Shown piece after piece: positions 1-11,423 of a stretch of 64,000 bases of DNA (within the stretch, counting starts at the first letter, position 1; each line of letters opens with the position of its first letter). Below the pieces are notes generated by a model. The model saw nothing but the letters and a program-made list of their open reading frames with translations, ran no database searches and was not told the origin of the DNA. The translations under genes and the position numbers were made by a program. The DNA lies in contig OZ251228.1 of assembly GCA_965240325.2 (NCBI GenBank), positions 2,542,001 through 2,606,000 of the forward strand, given 5' to 3'. Source of the DNA: Rebecca billardiae RCC1528 (lineage: Eukaryota > Protista > Haptophyta).

Positions 1-130
1 ACAGGCCATGCGGAAGCAGGGACAACAGGAGCTGGAGAGAGGTGGATACGAGTCGCCCAGCGATGCCAAGGCCTGAAGAAGAGTCATCTACGACCATCAA
101 AGCCCCGCGCCCTGCCGTGCCCGCCCTTTC

Positions 131-1972
131 ATGCCTCCCATACCTCGGCCCTTGTGCGTCGTGCCGCACTGGCACGCAGTGGGTCGTCATCACGAACCAA
201 AAGCCTTGCGGCAACGCTTTTGCCTCAACTGCCGGCAGCCATCGTGCCCCGAGGGGGACTATCCGGTGCGCCACGCACAACGGCACAAGCTGGCCGGCAT
301 GGTCAACGTGGTGAGCCCCAAGTGTGATCACGAGGGCTGCACCAAGCGGCCTTCACTCGGCATGCCGGGTGACGCACGCGCCAGCCGGTGCGCTGCGCAC
401 AAGCTGGCCGGCATGGTCAACGTGGTGAGCCCTAAGTGTGATCACACCGGCTGCACCAAGGGGCCTTCATTCGGCATGCCGGGCGACGCGCCCGCCAGCC
501 GATGCGCCACGCACAAGCTGGCCGGCATGGTCAACGTGAGGAACCCCAAGTGTGATCACGAGGGCTGCACCAAGCGGCCTTCACTCGGCATGCCGGGTGA
601 CGCACGCGCCAGCCGGTGCGCTGCGCACAAGCTGGCCGGCATGGTCAACGTGGTGAGCCCCAAGTGTGATCACACCGGCTGCACCAAGGGGCCTTCATTC
701 GGCATGCCGGGCGACGCGCGCGCCAGCCGGTGCGCCACGCACAAGCTGGCCGGCATGGTCGACGTGAGGAACCCCAAGTGTGATCACGTGGGCTGCACCA
801 AGGGGCCTAACTTTGGCATGGCGGGCGAGCGGCGCGCCAGCCGGTGCGCCACGCACAAGCTGGCTGGCATGGTCGACGTGAAGAAACCCAAGTGTGATCA
901 CGCGGGCTGCACCAAGGGGCCTAACTTCGGCATGCCAGATGACGCGCGCGCCAGCCGATGCGCCACGCACAAGCTGGCCGGCATGGTCGATGTGAAGCAC
1001 CCCAAGTGTGATCACACCGGCTGCACCAAGGGGCCTTCATTCGGCATGCCGGGCGACGCGCGCGCCAGCCGGTGCGCTGAGCACAAGCTGGCCGGCATGG
1101 TCGACGTGAGGAACCCCAAGTGTGATCATGCGGGCTGCACCACGGTGCCTTACTTTGGCATGCCGGGTGACGCGCGCGCCAGCCGATGCGCCACACACAA
1201 GCTGGCCGGCATGGTCGATGTGAAGCACCCCAAGTGTGATCACGCGGGCTGCACCACGCAGCCTTCGTTCGGTATGCCGGGCGATGCGCGCGCCAGCTGG
1301 TGCGCTGAGCACAAGCTGGCCGGCATGGTCGACGTGAGGAACCCCAAGTGTGATCACACGGGCTGCACCACGCGGCCTAACTTCGGCATGCCGGGCGACG
1401 CGCGCGCCAGCCGGTGCGCTACGCACAAGCTGGCCGGCATGGTCGGCGTGAAGAACCCCAAGTGCGATCACGCGGGCTGCACCAAGGGGCCTTCGTTCGG
1501 CATGCCGGGCGACGCGCGCGCCAGCCTGTGCGCCACGCACAAGCTGGCCGGCATGGCCGACTTGCAGCACCCCAAGTGTGATCACGCGGGCTGCACCAAG
1601 TGGCCTTCCTTTGGCATGCCGGAAGACGCATGCGCCAGCCGGTGCGCTGTGCACAAGCTGGCTGGCATGGTTAACACTCAGCTCGCCGTCCGCAGGCGCA
1701 GGCTGGAGCATGGCACCGGCGACCAGGGCACACGCGCATCTAAGCGACAGCACAAACGCACGAGCCGCATCGCCACTGTCTCGGACGCCACCCCGCAGCT
1801 GCTCCAACCGCTGCCGCCATTTGGGAGACTCGAGAGCGGATGCAACGGGGCGGGTGACTGCCGAATGCCGGCACACGGTGACACAGGACCCTACACTGAC
1901 GACGAATCTGACCATTGGACTGTGATGTCATTCGATCTGTCGTCGTCGTCTGATGACGATGATATGATTTAA
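131..1972 (+). CDS. EsV-1-7 cysteine-rich repeat protein (12 x 38-aa C-X4-C-X16-C-X2-H-X12 repeats) with basic then acidic C-terminal tail; 5' end uncertain or degenerate
   Basis: 114-bp tandem unit from about 265 to 1675 translating to CDHxGCTxxPxFGMPGDARASRCAxHKLAGMVDVxxPK. Spacing matches the EsV-1-7/Ectocarpus IMM repeat. A partial repeat at about 265-290 is frameshifted by a gcacaa duplication. Confidence 0.8.
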   Translation: MPPIPRPLCVVPHWHAVGRHHEPKALRQRFCLNCRQPSCPEGDYPVRHAQRHKLAGMVNVVSPKCDHEGCTKRPSLGMPGDARASRCAAHKLAGMVNVVSPKCDHTGCTKGPSFGMPGDAPASRCATHKLAGMVNVRNPKCDHEGCTKRPSLGMPGDARASRCAAHKLAGMVNVVSPKCDHTGCTKGPSFGMPGDARASRCATHKLAGMVDVRNPKCDHVGCTKGPNFGMAGERRASRCATHKLAGMVDVKKPKCDHAGCTKGPNFGMPDDARASRCATHKLAGMVDVKHPKCDHTGCTKGPSFGMPGDARASRCAEHKLAGMVDVRNPKCDHAGCTTVPYFGMPGDARASRCATHKLAGMVDVKHPKCDHAGCTTQPSFGMPGDARASWCAEHKLAGMVDVRNPKCDHTGCTTRPNFGMPGDARASRCATHKLAGMVGVKNPKCDHAGCTKGPSFGMPGDARASLCATHKLAGMADLQHPKCDHAGCTKWPSFGMPEDACASRCAVHKLAGMVNTQLAVRRRRLEHGTGDQGTRASKRQHKRTSRIATVSDATPQLLQPLPPFGRLESGCNGAGDCRMPAHGDTGPYTDDESDHWTVMSFDLSSSSDDDDMI

Positions 1973-2473
1973 ATTCTTGTGTCACGTCGATAATGAGTAA
2001 TATATATATATGTCTAGCCGTCCTCGTGAACGCCGACGCCAACTGCTGGCCGAAGGTGGGCACGCCGCCTGGCATGTCGATGCCGAGGCGGCTGCGTGTG
2101 TTCCTACTCAGTGGGATTTACGTGTATATATATATATGTATATATATGCATATATATATATATGATCTCGGCGTCGATCTAGCTATAAAGCTAATAACCG
2201 TACTTATTAGCTTAGTCACATCATATTCATGCCCCGAGACTGTCACGCGGAGTCACTACCGCACTTATTGCACTACACTCACTCAGTGGCACTACAGTAC
2301 GGTGTCCCGTGTCCGTGACGGTGCCGACAGCCGAGGGCGAGGGCCGCCGCCGGAGCGCGCAGCAGCGACCAGCGTGGGTCATTACGTGTGTACTGGCCAA
2401 CTGGGTGCCGGCCAGGCAGCTTACTTGGTGAGGCCCCTGGCTGCCGAGCCCGGGCAGCGGGGCCGCCTGCTTA

Positions 2474-4117
2474 TGGCCCGCGGTGCAGGGCGGAGCGCGC
2501 AGCGTGGAGCCCGCTCCGTGGGCCCTAACCACGTTTCAAAAAGATCTTTGATCAAGAAAAAAGGGACGGGGGACGATTTTCATGGCTGGAGGAGACCGAG
2601 TTTCGAATTTTGAGACCCTCTCTAACACGCATCACGGCCGAAAAAGGTCGCGCCCACAACAAGTTCATAGTAAAGCGTGGAGTGACGCCCGTCCAAAAAA
2701 CTTCACGCCCTTTAGGATCCCTAACGTAACGAACCGTTACAAGCGATTTTTCCGGCCAATGAGATTGCAGCAAGGTCCAAGGAGCGATGACGTATCTAGA
2801 TTCTAGATAGAGATTGCCGCGAACCGATGTGGCCATGTACGTCCCTTGAATCAGTTGAATCAACTATTCAATCGCGCCGTGTCTGTATCAGGAGCCAACA
2901 TGGCAAGGGTCAGTAGCCGATGCGCCAACTTCGGCGTATCTCAATAGTATCTGACACGAGTCTGGAGCCGGACGGCTGCCCAGCAAAGCCAAACCTTGGT
3001 TGCTGCGCACTCTCCGCGAGAGGGTCGCGAGCCGCACGAGCGACCGACGGGTGAGTACGGCGATGGGCAGGTGCGCGCGGCGAGTTGCGCCTGGAGCGCG
3101 CGGCTGTGGCGGGTCCCGACTGCCGTCGACATCGCGTTCGTGCCCCCGCTCACTCCGCGCGCCCCCGCCGCCCCGTGTCGATGCCTGCGCGCGGCCGCGC
3201 GCGTCGCCCGGGGCGCCCCGGCCGCGCCGCGGCAGCCGCCCTGTATTCGGGCTCTCGCAAGCTCGGGGGCAGCGGCGCCTGATGCCGGACTGATCGATCT
3301 CTGAGTCTTCGACTTCACCACGCGCCGCCCTTGCCATGCCTTTCCGGGGAGCGCCGACGATCCGAGTCCATCGTCGACGGTCGACTCTGAGCGAGGGCTA
3401 CGCCTCGGAACTGAACGGTACTCTACGAGGAGGACGTCGGACGAGCTGCGCGGGCGACGGTGGTGCGTGCCGTCCCCAGAGCTGGCTGTGCCTCTGCAAC
3501 GCGTGCCGAGCCTGATCGAGGTGTGTCCGCCCGTGCACGCGCGGCGTGCGCGAACGATTTGTGACTGCGGTGCCCTCGAACCTCGGCACTGCGTGCCGTC
3601 CCTCGGGCTGTCAGCTCCGCGTGGCCTGGCGTGCACGTAGAGTTGCGCTCATGCGTCGATCACGCCTCGCGCCCGCCTGTCGGCCGTCGCGCAGGCGCTG
3701 GTCGAACCCTACTCGGACCAGTGCAAATCATCTAACTATCCTGGCGCTGCCGGTGCGCGGTGACCCGGGACAGCGGTCACAGTCAGCAGCACGGCGGCCC
3801 GAACGAATCCGCGGCCCCGCACCGTGCTCCCTGGCTGTCAGCTTCGCGTGGCCTGGCGTGCACGTGGAGTCGCGCTCATGCGTCGATCACGCCTCGTCGC
3901 ATCCGCCTGTACACAAAGTCGGCGCCGCGCCGGCGGCTGCGAAGTGCGATGGGCCCGCCCGCGGCGCGGCGGGCGGCGGCGCGCCGCTGGTGGAGAGTCT
4001 AGTTGTACGGGCATGCAACTCCGGGTCTGTCAATGGACGACTGCGACGGAGAGTGCACCGCCACCGCGGGCCCTGAACTACGTTCGTTCTACGGAAAAGG
4101 ACCGCGGAACGCGGTCA
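2474..4117 (+). mobile_element. Non-autonomous element E1 (Helentron/HLE2-like architecture)
   Basis: Starts TGGCCCGCGGTG; inverse CACCGCGGGCC at 4062-4072; terminal hairpin GACCGCG-GAA-CGCGGTC-A. Interior is homologous to E5. Confidence 0.85.
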
Positions 4118-4130
4118 TATTAGTTACTTA

Positions 4131-6887
4131 TGGCCCGCGGTGCAGGGCGGAGCGCGCAGCGTGGACGGTGGAGCCCGCACCAGCGGGCCCGAACCACGTT
4201 TCAAAAAGATCTTTGATCAAGAAAAAAGGGACGGGGGGCGATTTCTAGGGCTGGCGGAGACCGAGTTTCGAGTTTTTGAGATCGCATAGAGAGGTCTATT
4301 AGGCCGAAAATAAGCGCGCCCAGCTGATTCCTGCTTAAGTAAAGTGCGATCTGGACGTCAGCTGGACGTGACATTAGTGTAACGGTTCGTTACGAGCGCG
4401 ATTTTAAGTATGAGATTGCCGCCAACCGCCAACCGATAAAAACGGCAAGGCAAGGGCTCGGGAAATTTGATCACTTCTAAATGTGAATAATAGTAAAATG
4501 CTCTCCCCGAGCGCGCCTGTCGCCTCGCAGGCCGCGCGTCTCGCTCCCTCTCCCCGAGGCTGAGCTCGCGGCCCGCCTGTCACCTCGCAGGCGCGCGCCA
4601 CGGACACATGCGCGACGAGATCGCGGCGGGGGCGGCGAGATCGCGGCGGGGGCGACGGGCAACAACCTGCCCGCGGGCGCGTTCGTCACTCGAGGAGCAG
4701 CGCGCAAGGGCGAGCCGAGTCCGGAGCACGCGAGCTCGTCGCTCGCCGACCGGAGCAGAGCGCGCCGCCCGCCGCCGCCGAGCGAGCGGCGCGGCAGAGC
4801 TGATGAGCCGGATGCGCCCGGAGCTCGCGCGGCTGAAGGGCGAGCTCGAGCACGCGAGCTCGCGCCTCGACGCCGAGCCCGAGCTCCTCCTCAACTCAGT
4901 CGACGGCGGCGCGGAGGTCCGGCAGCAGCGTGAGGACTCACAGACAGTGTGAGTGAGCCGCGCGCAGCTCAGCCTGCCGCTGGCAGCCGCCGTCTTCGAG
5001 GCCGACGCGGCGGAGGAGGCGGCGGGCGACGAGATCGCGGCGGGGGCGGCGAGATCTCGGCGGGGGCGACGGGCAACAACCTGCCCGCGGGCGCGTTCGT
5101 CACTCGAGGAGCAGCGCGCAAGGGCGAGCCGAGTCCGGAGCACGCGAGCTCGTCGCTCGCCGACCGGAGCAGAGCGCGCCGCCCGCCGCCGCCGAGCGAG
5201 CGGCGCGGCAGAGCTGATGAGCCGGATGCGCCCGGAGCTCGCGCGGCTGAAGGGCGAGCTCGAGCACGCGAGCTCGCGCCTCGACGCCGAGCCCGAGCTC
5301 CTCCTCAACTCAGTCGACGGCGGCGCGGAGGTCCGGCAGCAGCGTGAGGACTCACAGACAGTGTGAGTGAGCCGCGCGCAGCTCAGCCTGCCGCTGGCAG
5401 CCGCCGTCTTCGAGGCCGACGCGGCGGAGGAGGCGGCGGGCGACGAGATCGCGGCGGGGGCGGGCGAGATCGCGGCGGGGGCGACGGGCAACAACCTGCC
5501 CGCGGGCGCGTTCGTCACTCGAGGAGCAGCGCGCAAGGGCGAGCCGAGTCCGGAGCACGCGAGCTCGTCGCTCGCCGACCGGAGCAGAGCGCGCCGCCCG
5601 CCGCCGCCGAGCGAGCGGCGCGGCAGAGCTGATGAGCCGGATGCGCCCGGAGCTCGCGCGGCTGAAGGGCGAGCTCGAGCACGCGAGCTCGCGCCTCGAC
5701 GCCGAGCCCGAGCTCCTCCTCAACTCAGTCGACGGCGGCGCGGGGGTCCGGCAGCAGCGTGAGGACTCACAGACAGTGTGAGTGAGCCGCGCGCAGCTCA
5801 GCCTGCCGCTGGCAGCCGCCGTCTTCGAGGCCGACGCGGCGGAGGAGGCGGCGGGCGACGAGATCGCGGCGGGGGCGGCGAGATCGCGGCGGGGGCGACG
5901 GGCAACAACCTGCCCGCGGGCGCGTTCGTCACTCGAGGAGCAGCGCGCAAGGGCGAGCCGAGTCCGGAGCACGCGAGCTCGTCGCTCGCCGACCGACCGG
6001 AGCAGAGCGCGCCGCCCGCCGCCGCCGAGCGAGCGGCGCGGCAGAGCTGATGAGCCGGATGCGCCCGGAGCTCGCGCGGCTGAAGGGCGAGCTCGAGCAC
6101 GCGAGCGCTCGCGCCTCGACGCCGAGCCCGAGCTCCTCCTCAACTCAGTCGACGGCGGCGCGGAGGTCCGGCAGCAGCGTGAGGACTCACAGACAGTGTG
6201 AGTGAGCCGCGCGCAGCTCAGCCTGCCGCTGGCAGCCGCCGTCTTCGAGGCCGACGCGGCGGAGGAGGCGGCGGGCGAGCACGGCGGCGCGGTGGAGCAG
6301 GCGCGCACGCGCGGCGGCAGGCGCGACGCGCCGCTCGCCTCGTTCCACCGCCCCGAGCTCCGCTCGGTCGGTCTCGGTGCGCGGCTGCGCAGCCGGCAGG
6401 CCGGCGGGCCAGCAGTCTGCAGTGGCGCGCGCTCTCGCTCTGCCGGCACGAGGCGTGCCGGCTGAGCGACCAGCGGCCCGTCGTCGAGCGCATGGCACAG
6501 GGCGAGTACCTCAAGCAGGTGCGCCCGCACGCGCGCACGCGCCGGCCCGGCGCCGCGCGGCGCCTCTCGCCCTCTCGCCCTGCGCGCGCCGCCGCCCCGC
6601 TTCCCCGCGCGGCCCGTCCGCGCCTCTCGCCCTGCGAGCGCGCCGCCCCGCTTCCCCGCGCGGCCCGTCCGCTGGTGTCCCATGCCACCCTTGGCCGTGC
6701 GCGCCCGCAACGGGGCCGCATACTCGCGCCGAGTCCGAGACTCGGTCTCGGGTCTGACTCTCCCTCTCAGAGTGGCTGAACTGTCTTTCTGACTCGGACT
6801 GACTGACTCGTCAGTCTCATTCTCAACCACTGCGCCGCGGGCCCCGAACTGCGTTGGTTCTACGGAAAAGGACCGCGGAACGCGGTC

Positions 6888-6888
<1 letters not shown>
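4131..6888 (+). mobile_element. Non-autonomous element E2, head-to-tail with E1, with an internal tandem array
   Basis: Same 5' block and 3' IR plus hairpin as E1; followed by (TA)n; 13-bp spacer from E1. Confidence 0.85.
4610..6280 (+). repeat. About 4 tandem copies of a ~415-bp unit inside E2
   Basis: Marker gaggactcacagacagtgtgagtgagcc recurs near 4932, 5346, 5761 and 6181. Confidence 0.9.
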
Positions 6889-6919
<31 letters not shown>

Positions 6920-7032
6920 TGGCACGTCGTCTGTGAGTGTGACCGCGTCACTGAGTCCGACCGCTGACGAGTGAAGACCGGCGTCAAAGAGTCGTATATA
7001 TATATATAGTGCGCGTAGCCACGGAGGCCTAC

Positions 7033-9734
7033 TCACGGCCACCGCCCGCTGCTGCCGTTGGGTCGGCGCTCCTCTGAGGCGCGAGACCCCGCCGACGCTG
7101 CGCGGGCCGCATCATCAGCCGGGTCGGCCTCGTTGCCCGCGGCAAGCAGCTTGCCGCTCTGCCGCGGGCGTGGGCGCATCGCGCCCGCGAGCGATTCTCT
7201 CACCGGCGCGCGGCCGCCGCGCACGCTGTCGGCGAGCGCGCGCCTCGAGAGCTCGGCCTGCAGCGTGGCCACCTGCGTGCCGAGCCGCGAGCTCTCGGCG
7301 CGCAGCTCGCGCGTGGCGCGTCGGATCGCGCTCACGGCCTGGTCGCCGCCGAGCTGCGCGCCCTTCTCCTCGAGCGCGGCGCGCGTGCGCGCCAGCTCCT
7401 CGTCGAGCGCCTCGAGCTGCGCGACGCGCGCCTGCAGCGCGCGCGTCGCCTCGTCCACGCGCGCCGCCTGCCGCGCGTGCTCGGCCTCGAGCGCGTGCGC
7501 GCCGCTCATCAGCGGCCGCACCTCGGCGGCGCGCTCGCAGACGGCGAGCGCGGCGGGCGGCGCGGCGCGCTGCACGCCGCCGAGCAGCTCCGCCCACGGC
7601 GCCGCCTCGGCGCGCACGCCGTCGAGCCGGCGCCGCCTCGCCTCTGCGACCGCGCGCACGTCGGCGCCGCGCGCGGCCGCGCGCGCGTCCACCACCAGCC
7701 GCAGCTGCGGGGCGAGTCTCTCCAGTTCTCCCTGCCAGGCCTCTGCGCTGAGCTCGCTGAAGACGGGCGGCGCGGCGGCGGCGGCGGCGGCGTGCTGGGC
7801 GGCGAGCCCCGCGCCCCGCTCCGCGCCGCCGGCGCCGGACGCGTCGGCGCGCCCGTCCTCCTCGTCCTCCGCCCAGTCCGCGGCCGGCAGCGTGCCGTCG
7901 GCGCCGGCCGCCTCGTCGTCCGGCGGCGCGTCCGGGAGTGCGTCGGCGCCGTCCGCGCCAAAGAGGGGCGCGCGCCACTCAAAGCCGCTCTGCAGCATCG
8001 CGCAGTCGACCGCGAGGTTGAGCGCCATGCACACGCTCACGCCGTGGCCGAGGGCGAGCTTGGCGGGCGCCAGGCTCCCAAGCACCGCGCTCGCCGCCTC
8101 GGCATGGCCCGCCTTGGCGCACATGAGCTCGAGCTGGCTCACGACCGTCGCGGCGGCGGCGAGCGCGGCGCGCTCAAAGGCCGGGTCTGTGGCTGAGGCG
8201 GGCAGCAGCTGCAGGAGCTCGCTCTGCAGCGCGCACACCTCCGCGCTCAGCCAGTGCACCAGCCTGCGCCGCGCGGGGCGGGCACGGGCGCGCGGGTCGG
8301 CGCGCGCGGCGCGCGCGGGCGCCGCGCCTTGCTGCTCGGGCGCGCGCGCAGGCGGGTGCGCGCCTGCGCGAGGCCGCACCGGCAGAAAGTGATGAACTGC
8401 TCGCGCGGCTCCGTGCGGTGGGCAAAGTGCGTGCGCTCGAGCGGCCTGCGCCCCTCGCCGCCGCGCACGTCGCGCAGCCACAGCCGCTCGTAGTCGAGCA
8501 GCTTGAGCTTCTCCAGGCACGCGTCCATCACGAGATACGCAATCTCGGCGCCGCCCGAGCCGCCGCCGCCCGAGCCGGCGGGCGCGGGGCCGGGGCCGGC
8601 CGCGGGCGGCTGCGCAAACGCCTGCGCCGCCGTCCGCGCGGACTCGAGCACCTCGTCGATGCTCGGCCGCTCGGTCGGATCGACGCGCAGGATCGAGCCC
8701 ACCAGCCCGGCCAGCCCCGCCGAGAAGTGCGCGGGGACCGGCGCGTACGCCCCGCGCGAGATCTTCTGGAAGAGCATGTACAAGTTGTCCCCCTCCGCCT
8801 TGAAGGGCGAGCGCAGCGCGGCCAGCTCGTACAGCAGCACGCCGAGCGACCACACGTCCGAGCGCCACTCGTACCCGCGGCCGTCGAGCACCTCGGGCGA
8901 CATGTACAGCGGCGTGCCCACCTGCGCCCGCGCCGGGCCCGTGCGCGCGACACGCGCGCGCGGGCCGGCACGCGCTTGGATCGGCCGCGTGCGCGCGGCG
9001 CGTCGGGCGCGCGCGGCGCCGCCTGGGGCGCGCGCGGCACCTTGGACAGCGCCTCGAACGTCTGCGAGGAGAACGCGCGGCCGAGGCCGAGGTCGCCGAG
9101 CTTGACGGCGCCGTCGGAGGAGAGGAAGATGTTCGCCGGCTTGATGTCGCGGTGCATGATCCGGTGCGAGTGCATGTGCCGGATCGCGTCGCACACCTGC
9201 ACAAAGTAGCGCCTGTGCGCGCGCGCGCGCGCACGGGGCGCCGCGAGCGCCGCGCCGCGCGCCGCTCGGTCGGGCTCGGGCGCGGCGCGTGCGGCTGCCC
9301 GCCTCGCCGGCACGCCGCGCGCGCGCGCACCAGATGTGCGCCTCCTCGAAGTGCACCTTCGCCTCGTGCGCCTTCTTGATCAGCCGGCGCAGGTCGCCGT
9401 GCGCCGCCCACTCAAAGATGATGTACAGCTCGTTCGAGTCAAGGAAGGCGTCGATGTACGCGATGATGCACGGGTGGGGCGCGAGGGACTGCAGCAGCTC
9501 GACCTCCTTCAGGCAGCGCTCGCGCGACTTGGCGTCCATCGACTCGAAGATCTGGATCTTCTTCATCGCGACCGCGCGGCCGCTCGGCTTGTGCACCGCC
9601 TTGTGCACGGTCGAGAAGTGGCCGCGGCCGATGGCGCGCTCCACCTCGTAGCTGGCGAGCCCGTCCTCCTTGCCCGTCGCGTCGCGCACCTTCGCGTTCT
9701 CGAGCACCGTCGTCGCCGCCGGCGCCGCCGCCAT
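7033..9734 (-). CDS. NIMA-related (NEK6/7-like) Ser/Thr kinase fused to a C-terminal IFT57/HIPPI-like domain; 4 exons (introns 9213-9330, 8922-9040, 8264-8379)
   Basis: Kinase motifs IGRGHFSTV, VAMKKI, HRDIKPANIF, DLGLGR, VGTPLYMSPE and SDVWSLG join in frame after removing three GT-AG introns. Downstream: MDACLEKLKLLDYE...EQFITFCRLVHWL, PAKLALGHGVSVC, WQGELERLAPQL and a coiled coil. Confidence 0.88.
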
Positions 9735-11423
9735 GGCGGCAAGGGCAAGCGCGCAGCCCGGCGGGCGTTAACGATTGGCGGCCGCCATGGTGGTGGGGCC
9801 GCGCGCAAGCCGCACAATCATACTCAACCACTGGGGACACGGCACCCAGGGTCGGAGAAAATCGGCGCGCTTTTTATTTCCGCGTTGCATTTATTCAGCC
9901 GCACGCTTCGCGGCGGCCGCGCGCGTCTCGGGCGAGCCGGCGACGGCCGCGCTCCCGTGCGTGTGGACGATCCCGCGAGCGCAGAGCCGGCGAGCTAGGC
10001 TGGGCAGTCGTGCTGAAGTGCCATGCGCCGCTTCGCGCCGCGCATCGCATTCGGCTGTACTTGCCTCGGGCCAGCATGTCTGTGCACACCGCCACACGGC
10101 CAGCCTCGCCCGCGTGCGCCATGCGAGGCGAGACAAACACGGAGCATGCGCTTCCACGTGGCGAGGCCTACACTATACGCACTGCGCTGCCTTGCGCCGC
10201 CGCGCATGAGCGCGGGTCCGAACAGCTGCGCTCAGGTGTGCTGATTGCATCATACGATTCCGGATCGGGTCGAACAAGCGCTCTGGCCCGACGATGACGT
10301 TGCAGCCCACGCCATGCTGATCTGCGGTGACGCGCAGCATGTGCGCTCGCGCGGAGTCGCCGCGCACGTGGCTGTTGTCCAGCTCTGCCTCGGCACTGAC
10401 CTCCCTGACTTGTGCTCCGACGTCAATCTTGGCCCAAGGTAGTACGAACACGCATGCGTGCAATGCGAAAAATCCCTGATCGAGGCCCATGGCCTGCGTG
10501 TCTGTGTGCCTCCTCGGATGACACGGCGCGTGTATGAATGTGTGTACTACCTTGTCAAGCAGTAGCTCACGCCTGGACGTTCCTGTCGAACTTCACGGTG
10601 CGCATCGCGCACACACGGTCAGCCTTGATGGACGCACCTGTGCAGCCGGAAGGCAGCATCAGCCTCGCCAAGACGTGAGCATCCAGCCCCGACGCCGCGT
10701 CCGGTGCCTGAATGGCGCGCGCTCCTTTCACGCGGGGATGTGTCCACTACATCACTATCCAGAAGGGCGCATGCCCGAGCTTTTCGTGCTCGCACGACCC
10801 TCGCCGTAGGTCGATGCCAACCGCTGCGTGATGCTCGATCATGCCTTTTGACGGCTGTGTGACCCGTGCAGATGCGCATGCCAGGCAGCGTACTGTGACG
10901 AGCGATGACGCGTGCATAAAGTACCTGGACATTGCCCAGTGCAACCAAGTGCCGGACGCCGACGCCGCTGCTCGCAGCACGCGTGCAGTCAGCCGAGGAA
11001 TGCACATGACTTCCTTGTTGTTGCGGCGCGTGCGATGGCCTAAGGCGCGGCGGATGCAGAGACTCCGAACGGCGAGCGGCAGAACGACGCAAATGGCTGC
11101 TCTTCAGCCGCGCTCAACCACGCGCACCGCCTTCACGGGCACGCAACTACCGCAGGAGTGCGCGCAGTCGGCGTCCTTATCGCCCTCCGGCGCCGCCTAG
11201 CGCGCTGTCAGTGCAGCCGCCAGCGGCAGAGGTTGGTGCCGGCACCAACTTATTCGGAAAAGAAAATCCCCACCCGAAATTCCTGCGCCCAGTGGGAGCT
11301 CCCCTACCGGACTGGGTACACCGTCGAGAACCGTTGCACCGCCAATCCGCCATCGTTTGCACCACCGCCTTGCGGTGGCCGCACGCGCGCAAAGCTGGTC
11401 GGCCAGCGCGCGACGCGCCGCGC

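Noticed and set aside
265-1675. CRISPR-like array (regular repeats with variable parts)
   Set aside because: In-frame 114-bp coding minisatellite with no unique spacers and no cas genes; eukaryotic context.
2474-4117. E elements as LTR retrotransposons or solo LTRs because of TG...CA ends
   Set aside because: No 4-6-bp TSD, PBS, PPT or pol. Interiors vary while both ends are conserved, and paired end structures covary.
4580-6830. ORFs within the E2 tandem array as functional genes
   Set aside because: Frames shift between units and between E2, E3 and E4, indicating decayed cargo.
10020-11200. Possible gene between the kinase and the coiled-coil gene
   Set aside because: Only short ORFs without recognisable motifs or coherent splicing.
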